DNA of 64,000 nucleotides from Chiloscyllium plagiosum (lineage: Eukaryota). The position numbers and the translations under genes were made by a program. The stretch lies in assembly GCF_004010195.1 (NCBI RefSeq), contig NC_057723.1, positions 47,146,532-47,210,531 on the forward strand. Reading direction: 5' to 3'. Below are positions 12,078 through 24,820 of this stretch, one piece after another (the first letter of the stretch is position 1; every line of letters begins with the position of its first letter). A model generated the notes under the pieces. The model was not told where the DNA came from. It did not search any database and saw nothing but the letters and a program-made list of their open reading frames with translations.

Positions 12078-14200
12078 GTTGAACTGCCTCATATGCTTAC
12101 TGGAAATCTACTTGCATCATATCACATCAATAGGCTCACCCTCATTTTCCCTTTCTGTCAACACTTCAAAAAACTCCAGCAACTTGGTTAAACGCAATTT
12201 CTGTTTAAGAAATTCATGCTGGAGTTTCATAGTCAGCTCACTTTTTTTTTAACCAAACAACTACTAATTCTAATCTGAATAATTGTTTCTAGAAGATTTC
12301 TGATCATTGATGATAAACTGACTTATCCATAATTTCTGGCCTTATCCTTACAACTTTTTTTCAAAAAGGGTGTGTTCCAAACATTCTTAGTTCTTTCAGC
12401 CTCCTTGGGTGTATCTCATTTTGTCCCAGTGCCTCATTAACCTTAAATACCAACAGTCTAATCAACACTTCTTCCTAATCAATTTTGATTAGATTAGATT
12501 AGATTACAGTGTGGAAACAGGCCCTTCGGCCCAACAGGTCCACACCGACCCGCCGAAGCGAAACCCACCCATACCCCTACATTTACCCCTTACCTAACAC
12601 TACGGGCAATTTAGTATGGCCAATTCACCTGACCCTGCACATCTTTTGGATGGTGGGAGGAAACTGGAGCACCCGGAGGAAACCCACGCAGACACGGGGA
12701 GAACGTGCAAACTCCACACAGTCAGTCGCCTGAGGCGGGAATTGAACCCAGGTCTCTGGCGCTGTGAAGCAGCAGTGCTAACCACTGTGCCACCGTGCCG
12801 CCCAAGTGAATCCTTCAAGTGACAGAGTTTCCTCCTCTGTTGCCATGGTCTGGGTAACATCTACTTCCTTGGCAACAATAGATACAAAGTGTTCATTTAA
12901 TGCCTCAACCATGTCCTTTAAGTGTATGTGTAAGTTGCTTTTTTGGTTCCTAATTAGCCCTACTTCTCCTTTTACCACTATGAAACTATTTATAAAACAA
13001 AACTTTGTGATTCACCATATGTTGGCTCCCAGTTTCTTTTTCCTTCCAGATTCCTGTTTGTTCTTCTAATGTGCTACAGAACCTCTTCTCAGAGCCTTCT
13101 GCATTCCTCTTGATCCTCAATTGTATTTTACTACCTGATGCCTGACATAGAAAATAAGACAAAGAAGACAAATTATGCTGTCTCTTTTGTCTTCTAGGGA
13201 GCTCCAGATTTGTTTGTAATACCTTTCCCCTTTGAGGAAATATACCTTGACTGTATCCCAACCATTCACTTTTTGATGGTAGCCTATTGGTCAGTTATCG
13301 TTTCTCCTGTAAAACTTGTATTCCAGTCTATCCGGCCCAACTTATCCTGAACCTTGCAGTACAGCCAAGACTGTCTTCTAAATGTATCCTCATTTATGCT
13401 GGATCTACTTGGCCCACCTCATTTCCAAGAGCCGGTCCAACAGTGCATTATTTCTTGCTGGACAGCATACATTCTGCTGTAAGAATTTCTTCTGAACACA
13501 ATTGAGGAATGTTTGCCCATTACTTCACTTTACACAAAGGGTATCTCAGTCAGTGTTTGGGTATTTAAAGTCCCCATTATAACTGTTTTACAAATGTAGG
13601 CATCTCTGTAATTTACCTACAAAATTGTTCCTCTATGTCCTTCCCACCATTGGATGGTCTCCAGACTATTCTGAGGAATGTCATTTTATCCATTTTGTCC
13701 CTTAACTCTCACCAATTGAATCTGTCCTTGAATCATTTGAAACATCCTCTTTCTCTACCACTGTATTGGAATCCCTATCAATATTGCCACCCCTCCTCTT
13801 TTCATTCTTTTTACACCTTTTCTGAAAGGCTTGTGCCAATGAGTTTTTATCAGTCTGTCCTGCTCTTCCTTGAGTCAGATCTCTGTTAATGCCACAACCT
13901 CAAATTTCACATGACAATCTGCATCTGTGACTTTTCATTTACTGAACTCAAGACATTCACATACATACACACTAACACTGACTGAGATGTCTCTACTTTC
14001 CCACTTAATCTGACATCACCCATTAAGTTACTATTCTCTGCATTTGGCAGTCCTTACTGTACATGTTATTGTCTAGAACTCTGGTAGGATCCATGACTTT
14101 TTCACATCTTACAAACCATGCAATTCACTCAACTGATCTATGCTACCAAGTCTGAACTTTACTTGCCATGTTTTAACTATAATCTGCTTTGAATTACTTA
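12078..14200 (-). mobile_element. Old CR1 ORF2 5' half (endonuclease to RT start), interrupted by HE1
   Basis: DMVEALNEHFVS in ORF 12778-12978; GGDFKYP-like codons near 13560-13580; decayed. Confidence 0.65.
12487..12803 (-). mobile_element. Young full-length HE1 SINE with (TAATC)n tail
   Basis: Near-identical to the reverse complement of 14792-15098; CpGs preserved. Confidence 0.95.
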
Positions 14201-14635
14201 TGTTACTTTATTATATTGGGCTTGACTTTCCCTTATTCTAGGTGCTTCTCATTAAATCTGAGTATAGCTACTTATTTAAAAATAATAACACCATTCTAAC
14301 TCAAAGTAAATGAAGGTCAGTCCCCAAAGAAGTCTTTTTTTAATCCAATTTAAGTTAGTGAGAAAGAACATAAGAGAACAACTTCTCTCGATCCTTCACA
14401 AAATTCTCCACTCAGCACACATATTGTTGTGAACTTCACTTAAAGTACTTCTCTCTGCAGCTCTCTACTCTGAATTAAATTCCCAGATATAGTCACTTTG
14501 TCTGTGTCTCTTTTGGGTGAAGTCTCCCTCATACTGACCACATGTCCTTATTGTTTATGTCAATGAGATTGTGAGGAATTAAAGATGAAAGTATAGGGCA
14601 GGCCTAAATATTAGTCAGGATGAAAGACTGAGGTA

Positions 14636-14727
14636 TAGAACACAGAGAACAAAGAAAATTTACAGCCCAGGAACACGCCCTTTGGCCCTCCAAGTCTGAG
14701 CCAATCCAAATACACTGTCTAAACCTG
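14636..14727 (-). mobile_element. CR1 3' tail fragment
   Basis: AGAACAAAGAAAATTTACAGCCCAGGAACACGCCCTTTGGCCC. Confidence 0.65.
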
Positions 14728-14791
14728 AAATGTTTCTCACCGTGATGTCTTGATTGTAATAGTTGTAAATAATGTGATTAAATGTGATTGT

Positions 14792-15098
14792 GGGCGGCAC
14801 GGTGGCACAGTGGTTAGCACTGCTGCCTCACAGCACCAGAGACCTGGGTTCACTTCCCGCCTCAGGCGACTGACTGTGTGGAGTTTGCACGTTCTCCCCG
14901 TGTCTGCGTGGGTTTCCTCCGGGTGCTCCGGTTTCCTCCCACAGTCCAAAGATGTGCAGGTCAGGTGAATTGGCTATGCTAAATTGCCCGTAGTGTTAGG
15001 TAAGGGGTAAACGTAGGGGTATGGGTGGGTTGCGCTTCGGCGGGGCGGTGTGGACTTATTGGGCCGAAGGGCCTGTTTCCACACTGTAATGTAATCTA
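14792..15098 (+). mobile_element. Young full-length HE1 SINE
   Basis: GGGCGGCACGGTGGCACAGTGGTTAGC (A-box), GGGTTCACTTCCC (B-box), tail GGGCCTGTTTCCACACTGTAATGTAATCTAA. Confidence 0.95.
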
Positions 15099-16014
15099 AA
15101 AATAAATCTTTAATACAGACTATGACCAGAGTAAGAGAAAATCAATTTAGCTGTAACTCATGGGGAAGAGGAGATCAATGCACCCGAAAAAATTACCTCC
15201 CAAATTGCAAACAGTTGCAGCTAGAAGAGCTATGGCACATTCTGGGAAGCTACTAACCAATCAACACAGTAAGGAACTTTACTATCAAACAACACATGTT
15301 ATAGCTGAAGAACTAGAACAGCAGGCTTAGAATATTTTCAAAGGGATACTCAGCTGTCTCTAAGGAAACCATGGTTATTGCAATAAGCTCCTGATTAGAT
15401 ATTCCCAGCTAAAATAATAGACTGGTTCTACATTTTCAACACGTTACCTGCATGAGGCACATCAATTAACTGTGGTCACGTTTCAGTGCAACAGCTCATA
15501 TTTTCTTTTGCAAAATATTTCTGCAAAGGGCTCAACTGAGAGAAAAAATATCATGTTAGCTGTCTCTGTAGGCCATTGCTATAACAATAGTCTGTGACAT
15601 TGATTGTACAAGTGTGTTTCATGATTTGAACAGAATTATGCTTTTTGTAGTTTAAACTCACCCGTTGTATAGTTCCCATCAATCTAACTAAACTGTTTAC
15701 ATCAACTTCTGTAGTATATCTTCCCCTGACACGTTGCACATAAAATGGGTTACCTAGTGCAATCTTTGCAACACATCTTGATTGAAGCTTCAAAATACTT
15801 GTGCATCTCGTATTATATTTAATCATTAGCCAGCATGTGATTTAGTTGACAATATATAAGTTTATACATTTTGAACTTATGCAGAAGAGATTATTTATAG
15901 TTTCCGAGCTTGTAGCATGGAATGTTTAAATTCTCTTTAAAGACCTAGTTTCTTCAATAAATATTGACAAGATGCAATTCTAAAAAAAATTGCTGACTCT
16001 GAAAAGAGCATGCC

Positions 16015-16590
16015 TTCATGAGGATGCAGTTGTAATTGAAAAGGCAAACATTGATTATCCAGCCCCTGTTATCCTGAGAGTGAGGTGGTAGTGCATCTAA
16101 GTTTTGAACCATTGGTAGTGGTGACTACAACTGAGTCCATTGAATGGACACTTCTACATCTGCTGTAGTTAACATACTAACATTTGCAACTTACAGACAT
16201 TTGGATGGGTAGTGCTAGTTAAACCAATGCTGAAAACTTTAAATGGAAAAACCTAAAGATGGGTCTTGAAGATTGTAAGTGTGTAGTTTGTGATTATTTC
16301 CTTTGGCATCTCATTCCTTTGGAAGATTGCCCATTTCAGAGTGCTTTGAAGAGGTAACCACATTGAATGGGACTGGCATTGTACATGGGTCAGACCAAGT
16401 AAGGACAGCAGGTTCCCTTCTCTCATGGATATTAGTGAGCCAGATGGACATTTGTTTTACTACAATCCCAGTTTTGATACCAAATTTTATTTTTATTTTC
16501 AGATTTTTAAAAAGACTGAAGCTGAATTTCAAACTGCCAAGATAGAAGTTTAACTTGAATTTTCTGCGTAATTAGTCTACGATCACACAA
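16015..16590 (-). mobile_element. Old copy related to the 28646-29002 SINE and its LINE partner
   Basis: GACCAAGTAAGGACAGCAGGTTCCCTTC...GTGAGCCAGAT aligns with 28770-28825. Confidence 0.55.
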
Positions 16591-16904
16591 TTCGGTTGAA
16601 TAGTGCCATATTTTCAACACAGTTGGTGCCCTTCAAAACTAAATAAGCCTCCATGCCATGCACATGTCCTTCTTGTGTCAGCACTTTGAGTGGTGATGGG
16701 CACTGTGAGTGTAACTCGGAAGTGTATAGAGTAGACAAGAGTCTAACTTCAGTCAGTGTGTATCACCGATTTGATGCTGGTGCTGCCCTTTTCCATGTGA
16801 TTGCTCCAAGTGACCCTCCTTTAGTCTAGGCAAACTGAATAAATGTTTGTCAACAGGAAGGCAACTCATCACCAGTTTTATTTAAAGGAATCAGCAACTG
16901 CTTT

Positions 16905-17017
16905 CTATGTTATCTAATCAACTTGTTCAATGATGTTATTTCACTTTCCTGAGCAGGTAGGACCTGAATCCAGGTCTCTTGGCTCAAAGGAGGGAAACTA
17001 CTGTTCCACCACAAGAG
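16905..17017 (-). mobile_element. Short tRNA-like SINE head; second copy on plus strand at 23100-23203
   Basis: Reverse complement GAGCCAAGAGACCTGGATTCAGGTCCTACCTGCTC resembles GAAACCAGGAAGCCTGGGTCCAAATCCCACCTACTTC at about 23140-23176. Confidence 0.55.
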
Positions 17018-17174
17018 TACACCCAGTGCTTTCAGTTTGATTGCTGATTGATTTCTGTTGGTTGAAATTGAGATATTTGGTCATTTGTTCTGCTATGTAA
17101 AGTTTTCCCTGCTTAAGCAGAGTAATGTAGTACATGGTGATGGCCTTAATTTTGACTTGCTTCTGACTTTATAT

Positions 17175-18180
17175 CTCATTCTAGGATTTGAATGTCCAGG
17201 TTGATATGACAGATCAATGTAGGAGTTATGGATTGTAGCATTGTCAGAGTTGCAGTCGTTCAGACAAGATGTTAACCAGGGCACTGTCTGGCTCTTGAAT
17301 GGTTAAAATAAAATCCAATGGCACTGTTTACAAAGGAATAGAGGTGTTATCTCTGGTTATTGGAAATAGGGCCCCTTTAATACTGAAATTTTGTGATATT
17401 CAATGTGAAACATTAGATGTAATTTAACAGCATTACAATAGCACCTAACCTTCTACAAATTTAAACAAGCGATTTATCAGACAACATATGTACTTGATTA
17501 TCAATGTAATGCTTGGGAAATTATGAAGCCTTTGTTCTTAGAAAGATTGATAAACCAACCCTCAGATGTAGTCATGCAAAGGCATAACCATCATTCTGAC
17601 ATCATGACTAGCTGCTCTTGGTCATTGGCCAAAAGAGTTCAGAGAGGTGATGGGCCTAACATAAATTGCTGGTAGGTGGCAAGTAAGAGAAAGAGGATCC
17701 AGGGAAATGACATACTACTTTCTTAGAAGAAGTCCAGGGGATCCCTTTTTTCACCTCAATGGAAGAACAAAGACTATTACCAGCAAAGGCTGAAAAATAT
17801 CAGCAACAAACTCTTTAAATCCCCAAAGTGTTGGAGTCCGTCACCTCTGCTTCTCCATTCTACAGAACTGCTTCAGAATTGGTAAAGAATTCTCATCTCT
17901 GATGGGTTGTATATTTCTTTCTTTATCCAGTTAAGTCATGCATTGTACCTAACCTGCTGTATCATAAATTATCTGAAAATTAGTTACAGATGGTGGACTG
18001 CCCATATTAGGTAACTGATCACTAATCTGTTGCTGTTTATAGGGAATTTACTGTGTGCAAACTGGCTGCTGTATATCAGCGAAACATAAATGACTACCCT
18101 TCAAGGGTATTTAATTGACTGTAAAGTGCTGCAAGATACCTTGAGTCAATGGAACGTGTAACATGAGTATTTCTTTTTCT
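17175..18180 (+). mobile_element. DeuSINE (SacSINE1-like) fragments at about 17175-17530 and 17985-18180
   Basis: Deu-domain-like GCATTGTCAGAGTTGCAGTCGTTCAGACAAGATGTTAACCAGGGC...AATGGCACTGTTT, and 3' part TTGCTGTTTATAGGGAATTTACTGTGTGCAAACTGGCTGC...CTGTAAAGTGCT. Confidence 0.6.
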
Positions 18181-18439
18181 GTCTTCAGTAAGTGCCATCA
18201 GGAGTGTTTTGGAACACAACCTTTGAGTTCCTACTTATTAATTTCTTTCCTATCTCCCTGAAATCTGTGTGAAGTAGGACCAAACGGGTTCATATTAGTA
18301 ATGTCAAAATTACAATGCACATTAGTCTTACAATAAGTGCTGCAGTTATGCTCACTTTCTTCCATGTTGTAAAAACAACAACCTATGTTTACATTATTCT
18401 TACTGCACAGAGCAAGAAGGTAAGGGAACTGAGTCCGGA

Positions 18440-18462
18440 CAAGATGGCGTTACCATGGCAAC
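18440..18462. promoter_or_regulatory. Overlapping YY1 motif and RFX X-box
   Basis: CAAGATGGCG (18440-18449) runs directly into GTTACCATGGCAAC (18449-18462). Motif match only. Confidence 0.4.
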
Positions 18463-21400
18463 TATCAGACCCAAGTTTAAAGATTGAGATAACAGGGTCC
18501 AGCATGAGGTTAAGAATTCTAATTGTGCACTAAAAACTCCGTATTTTGAGAAGTTCTTGGGGTAATTGAGGTCTTCTTGTATATGTTTCAATAAAATCTT
18601 TGTTTCTTTGACCCCAACTTGAGAGTGGTGGTTTTCCACCGCAACTCTGTATAACAGTTTGCTGAGATTTAGTCAGAGAGACAGCAGATGGTCTTATAAG
18701 ATGACCTCAAGCAGTCTCTAAAGTCTGCTTTCCTAGCACCTGGATCTTGCTACGCTTCGAAAGTCCATTGCCTTCAACTGCAGCTGCAAGACTGTCACCA
18801 TTCATCTGGTAATTTATCCATAAGGTGGTAGGGGATGCAGAGGGTACAGGTGGTGGGTGTCGGGGAGATGGTTGTGTGCTGAAGGTTCTTTGGGAAGCTC
18901 TGCTATTGGAATTCTGAATAATAGCAAGTATTGTTTGCTGGTAACTGGTAAAATTGTCCTTAATAAGGCTTTTGGACATTTAAATTGACTTCCTGCCATC
19001 TTGTGTTGAGCAGCCTGTGCAATCTCAATCCAGTCATTGGTAGAATTCCCTGATGATGGAAATGATTGTGGAACTGATCTGCCACAACCTCCTGCAATTT
19101 TACAGCATCCCCCTAACCTTACCAGCCTTGCTCCATCTGTATGGATACCAGAATAATTCTGTAGAGCATCCATAACTGATGCCATTTCTAACTCCTCAAT
19201 CTAGCCGTCGACTGCCACCGGTAACAAAGCTGAGGCACGATAAAAAGTCAATTCAATGCCCATTTTGCGATTTATTCCTCTCTTTATTAAAGAAGATGAT
19301 AGGAATATGTTCATTAAGAAGTATAATTGTGATGAATAGAAAGGTTTTATTAGATTTAAAGTGATAATTGCATTTTCTCTGCATGACATCTCTGCACTAT
19401 GAAATAAATAATTTTGATTGCCTATAGCTTTGAGAGAAGTCATCTGGGCTCTTTTTAATGGCTCCATGTGACTGCAATCTGCTATTAGTGTTCATGTTTC
19501 TGTGACAAAATGGGGCAAGTGACAATCAAGGACACCGAAGAATGAAGACTGTGTAATATTCTGATGTTCTCCAGTCTCAAAAGCCTTTCAAAAATATTTG
19601 CATATTAAAAAGCTTCCACTCATCTATACTCAAGGTCAGCAGGCGTGCTCAGGGTTATGCAATGTAGAAATGTTTTAATGATTATTACCAGCTGTAGGAG
19701 TGTAACTCACCACCACCACCATCACCAAACTGGGGACAAAGGCTCAGGAGGCAGGCAGGATTCAGGCAAGTGAAAGACTTGTATTCAAGCAACAACCAGT
19801 TAAAGCAGGGAGATGGCCAAAGACTTTTTCTGAATCCAGTCACGATGTGAAACCCAGTTGTTCTTAATCTATGGTTCAGATTGGAAGAGAGATCAATCAC
19901 TCTGATTTTCACAGTAAAATACAGCATGTTTATATATTTTGTGTTACAATAATCACATACAACATTGTCACTGTGTCCTTCCCCTGTATTCCTTGCACCC
20001 AATCCTGTGAAACATCTGATCAATGATGGACATTCCTATGGACAGCCCCAGGTTTCCGTGATTTCATGGTGTTTAATAGATATTGTAATGTCCAGTCCTT
20101 AGGATATTTCCATGCATCCTACTAATTTGCATTCCAAAGTTACTGATTATGCTCCCTCTGGTCTGTCCCAGACTTGCTTACCTTTAAGGATTGCTTGAAT
20201 TCTGTTATTCATTGTATTCCATGTGCTATCTCTATCAAATTCTGTTATTCCTCTTATATTTTCCACTGTCCCAATTTTATATATATGTAAGATTTGTAAT
20301 ATTAATATAATATAAAGTTACTTATAAAGTGTAAAGTTATGTAGCTACTTCTACTGTTAACTCTTTGTGATTAATAAGTTGTGAACAACCTATTTCAATC
20401 CAGCCATACAAAGGCCTCTTTCTTAGAGATAAGGAACACGTTTCCTGAGCTTTTCCCCAATGCTTTTATTATACTTTGGTTATATATACGTATACATACT
20501 TATGTATACTTATGTTGAAATCCGTCTCTATGAAGAATCTTTGACTAGAACTTATTTCTTTATATTGTGAATAACTTCGAAGAAACAACTAATTACTACA
20601 AAATAGCTTTAGCTGCGGTTTTCACAACTGCTCATGTGTTAGATTGGCAGGTTCATGGGCTGAGATTTACACACCTTGTTCTAACTGGTGCTGTTCACTT
20701 AATGGAATAATATCCTTTCATTAATGATCCAGGAATCAATCACTTGTCTATCCTTAGGCATCCTCTTATCAAACTGTCTTGGGTGGCTACTTTTTGGGCC
20801 TCCTGTTCACCTTGGAGTAGCCCTGTTCAGCAGTACCATTGTATTTCACTTAAATGTTGGAGCAGGCTGTTTAATTCTACTTATCTCTTGTCAGCCATTT
20901 TGTGTCTTAATGCTGGAGCAGGCTGTTTTATTCTGTTTAACCCTTGTTGGCTATTTTGTGTCTTTCAAACATGGGCCGCCTTTCCAGATTACTTCACAAA
21001 AGTTGATGAACTGAATAATTTATGAAGAACTGCTTTTAGCCAGGATACTTAAAGCTTCTTGCAACCAGGAGATTTTATGATTAATAAATGAAATTTAAAT
21101 GTAAGTGCATTTTAGATTTTGAGTAAGGATGGCTGGGATTTCTTACACTCGGCTGATGGAAGATGTTAGTGTAAGAGGAAGTGGGTGACTTGCTTGCTCT
21201 TTCCCAGTCATGTGGTCTCACTATGATGAAGTGCTGGTGGTCAATTAACATCAGAACAACAGGATTGCTAGCAAATTGGAGCACCAAGAGCTATTGTCAG
21301 TCAGGAGTGGGTGAAGATCCACACTTGGTGGCCATTGCATTAAAGGGCCACCAGCAGGGTGCAGTAAGGAGTCAATAAAAAGTTGGTGTGGGCACATGGA

Positions 21401-21732
21401 CTTGTCAACACCATTATCTTATCAACTCCGTCATCCTATGAACTCCAAGTCCTCCTGATTGTTTTCTGTTTCCAGATCTCTCCCTTTACTCTAATTGGAT
21501 GTTACATTGGCTTTGCTCAAATTTGAAAAAAAAAACTCAAAAATGGATGCTCCATAAGAAAGCAAATTCACCATTGTTTCAATGTCTTCACAGTAGATAT
21601 GATCCACAAGGCACGATAGAAGACAAGGACAATGAGTGAGTATTGGCAAAGATGGCAGATAACATCCTGGATTTGGTCAGATCATGAGAGACAGATCAGT
21701 TAGACAGGATGTGGCTGAATTTGATGCGAGGT

Positions 21733-22075
21733 GTGGTGAGCATCTGAGGGTTTCTTCCTTGGCACTTGGGGACACGAGAGTGTAGCTGCAATCTGAGAAA
21801 GGGTAAGTGTGAATATGTGTGTGGTGATGGCTGGAGAGGAATAGCTCTGTGGCAAGTACAATTTGTGAAAAGTCTCTATCAGAGATGTGGCGATATCTGC
21901 TCACGTGGTGAGCATCTGAGGGTTTCTTCCTTGGCACTTGGGGACACGAGAGCGTAGCTGCAATCTGAGAAAGGGTAAGTGTGAATATGTGTTGGTGATG
22001 GCTGGAGAGGAATAGCTCTGTGGCAAGTACAATTTGTGAAAAGTCTCTATCAGAGATGTGGCGATATCTGCTCAC
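21733..22075. repeat. Near-perfect 172/171 bp tandem duplication
   Basis: 21733-21904 and 21905-22075 differ by one substitution and one 1-bp indel. Confidence 0.95.
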
Positions 22076-22714
22076 ACTTCATCTTCAGTATTGAGTATCA
22101 ATCAGGTCTCTTTAACTGGTTAGTGCTCAGTCCTTTAGATACCTGTCTTGAGGCAGGGAATTGACCTCTGATGAAGGAGAGACCTCAGAGGGTACACCAT
22201 CACACCCATCCTCCACATCTTCTACTAGTTTAGGTGTGCATGTTGGCTGAAACCACTACATCAACAGGTTACAGCATCACACAGGCATTAAACTGAATGT
22301 CAGAGTTTGTAAAGTCCAAGCCTCAGATGGATGAAAAACTCTGGAGTCATCTCGGTGAGGGCAGATGTCAGATATCTACTGGATGGTGCATAAAATCTTG
22401 AAAAGATTCTAAAGGCCACACAAAAGCTGGCAAGCAAACTGGAGAGTGTATCCAGACCATGAGTGGTGCAATTATCCTTCCATACTGGCAACTTGCATGG
22501 AGGAATGAATCAACAGAATTTTCCCAGGATGCTAAGTCCACATTTTACTGTCACAGAGTACAAGTCAGCAGAATCACTGTAAAAGAAATATAGAGTGCAT
22601 GGGGTGTCTGGTAACTGGGGAGAGCCAACGGGACCTCACAACAGCACAGGAGTAACAGCCATTTGGATTTTTGGACCCCTCTTATTGTTCTTGTGATGAT
22701 CATTGGACTGCATA

Positions 22715-22881
22715 ATTTAGATCAGAGTGGTGCTGGAAAAGCACAGCAGGTCAGACAGCATCCGAGGAGCATCCTCCTCCTCCTCCTCCTGCTCTTCGGA
22801 TGCTGTCTGACCTGCTGTGCTTTTCCAGCACCACTCTGATCTAAACTCTTGTTTCCAGCATCTGCAGTCCTCACTTTTGCC
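22715..22881 (+). mobile_element. Penelope-derived fold-back mini-element
   Basis: 56-bp arms 22716-22771 / 22790-22845, (TCC)6 loop, 36-nt tail; TSD CATTGGACTGCATA at 22701-22714 and 22882-22895. Confidence 0.92.
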
Positions 22882-23205
22882 CATTGGACTGCATAGACCA
22901 CCACCTTTTGAGTAGATCATTTTAAATAACTAAAAATGTCTTTAAAATACTCTATAGATTTATTTAATATTTAAGTGTACAAGTATCAGGAGCTCTTGTG
23001 GACAGCATTTCCTCTAATATTTTTCAGAGGTGCTGATTCTAATTGCCATATGTGGTATATAGAAGCAGCTGCATGCATATAGAGCCACGCACCTTAAAGG
23101 GAGCATTGTTTATGGGCTAGTAATAGAGTTTCTATCTCTGAAACCAGGAAGCCTGGGTCCAAATCCCACCTACTTCAGAGTTATGTAATAACATAACTCT
23201 GGAGT

Positions 23206-23425
23206 GGGCGGCACGGTGGGCCAGTGGTTAGCACTGCTGCCTCACAGCGCCAGAGACCTGGGTTCAATTCCCGCCTCAGGCGACTGACTGTGTGGAGTTT
23301 GCACGTTCTCCCCGTGTCTGCGTGGGTTTCCTCCGGGTGCTCCGGTTTCCTCCCACAGTGACTTGTTGGGCCGAAGGGCCTGTTTCCACACTGTAAGTAA
23401 TCTAATCTAATCTAATCTAATCTAA
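23206..23425 (+). mobile_element. Young HE1 SINE lacking the internal segment
   Basis: CTCCCACAGT joins directly to GACTTGTTGGG; (TAATC)n tail. Confidence 0.92.
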
Positions 23426-24591
23426 CATCTCTGAATGCATTGTTCCGAAGGTATTTTCAATTTCTTTGGAAATTGATTTTGAAAACCTGCCTATTAGAGC
23501 TTTTGCATCGAAAACTATTTTGCAGTAGCTTATTTGAAAGCCCATGAATGGCCACAATTAGCAGAATTCATTGGGTGATCTATTCAGTCTACTGGCATAG
23601 CTTGTTACATGAGCACAGCTGGCATCTAATATAATGCTTTTTAAACAAGCATAAAAGGTTATGGGAATCTCATTTGTACTTGAATTATTTCAATTATTTT
23701 ACTGCATCTGCTGAATTTGGGCAAACCTTCACTGTATCATTAGGTATTTATAGACTTTTGCATTGTCAAGGTGATCCATTCCATTGGGGAGGAAACGGAA
23801 ATTATTTGTTGAAACATACTTTGTACATTCTGACGTAATAAATTATAGGGAACCAGCGACACAACCGTGGCTTGAAATGTATCTCCAAAGAGAACAAAGC
23901 TAGCCTTCAGATCCAGCAGAGCTCAATATAGCTCAATTTAAAGGAGTTAAAGTAAGAGCATCACCAATAATAATTGAATTCAGTTGTTGTTCAGAATTTG
24001 CTTTCTAGCCTTTTTGACGCTTATATTTTATTGTGAGTTGACTCTGCTAAAGACTAAGATGTGTTATTGAAGCAAAGAAAGAAAACATCTGTTCCATAAT
24101 TTATTGTGGATATTGATCACAATTGTTTGAGCTTCAAAGATTTAATATTTATTTCTTCATAAAGGTAATTTCTTCTATGTGACTAATCAAAGTTTTTTGG
24201 TTAGAGGGAAATGAATGCATTCATTAGAGTCGATAGCATTTTACAATTATTACTTTCATTAGGCTCCACAAAACTATTGATGAAGACAAAAAATTTTGCA
24301 TGTACAATGTTTCTGTTATGGGTAACTACTGTAAGGCAACAGCTACCTATTTCCCTAAATAGCATTAATATTAAATTACAATATGCAAAATAGTCACATG
24401 GATATGTAGTGAGGTATGCTTTTCCTTTGCATGAGTAATAAGAGCTATTAAATATGTTTGTGTGTACTTTTTAGTATATTTATACCTGTCAAGTACACAT
24501 TTTATGATGTGTGCAGTGAAGTATATCAAGGACAATAATAATAATATATTTAGCTGGAAACGAATAATGTAGATAATACTTCTGTTCACTA

Positions 24592-24820
24592 CACGGTGGC
24601 ACAGTGGTTAGCACTGCTGCCTCGCAGCGCCAGAGACCCGGGTTCATTTCCCGCCTCAGGCGACTGACTGTGTGGAGTTTGCACGTTCTCCCCGTGTCTG
24701 CGTGGGTTTCCTCCGGGTGCTCCGGTTTCCTCCCACAATCCAAAAATGTGCNNNNNNNNGACTTGTTGGGCCGAAGGGCCTGTTTCCACACTGTAAAGTA
24801 ATCTAATCTAATCTAATCTA
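24592..24820 (+). mobile_element. Young HE1 SINE with an assembly gap
   Basis: HE1 head and tail separated by an 8-N gap. Confidence 0.92.

Noticed and set aside
12839-12852. RFX half-site GTTGCCATGG
   Set aside because: Incomplete and inside a decayed CR1.
14792-14865. tRNA gene calls for HE1 heads
   Set aside because: A and B boxes continue into the SINE body and LINE-type tail in many copies.
21733-22075. CRISPR-like array
   Set aside because: Two long units without spacers in vertebrate DNA.
22716-22845. miRNA gene, terminator or DNA-transposon MITE
   Set aside because: Arms are Penelope terminal-repeat sequence with a one-sided tail and a 14-bp TSD; there is no expression evidence.
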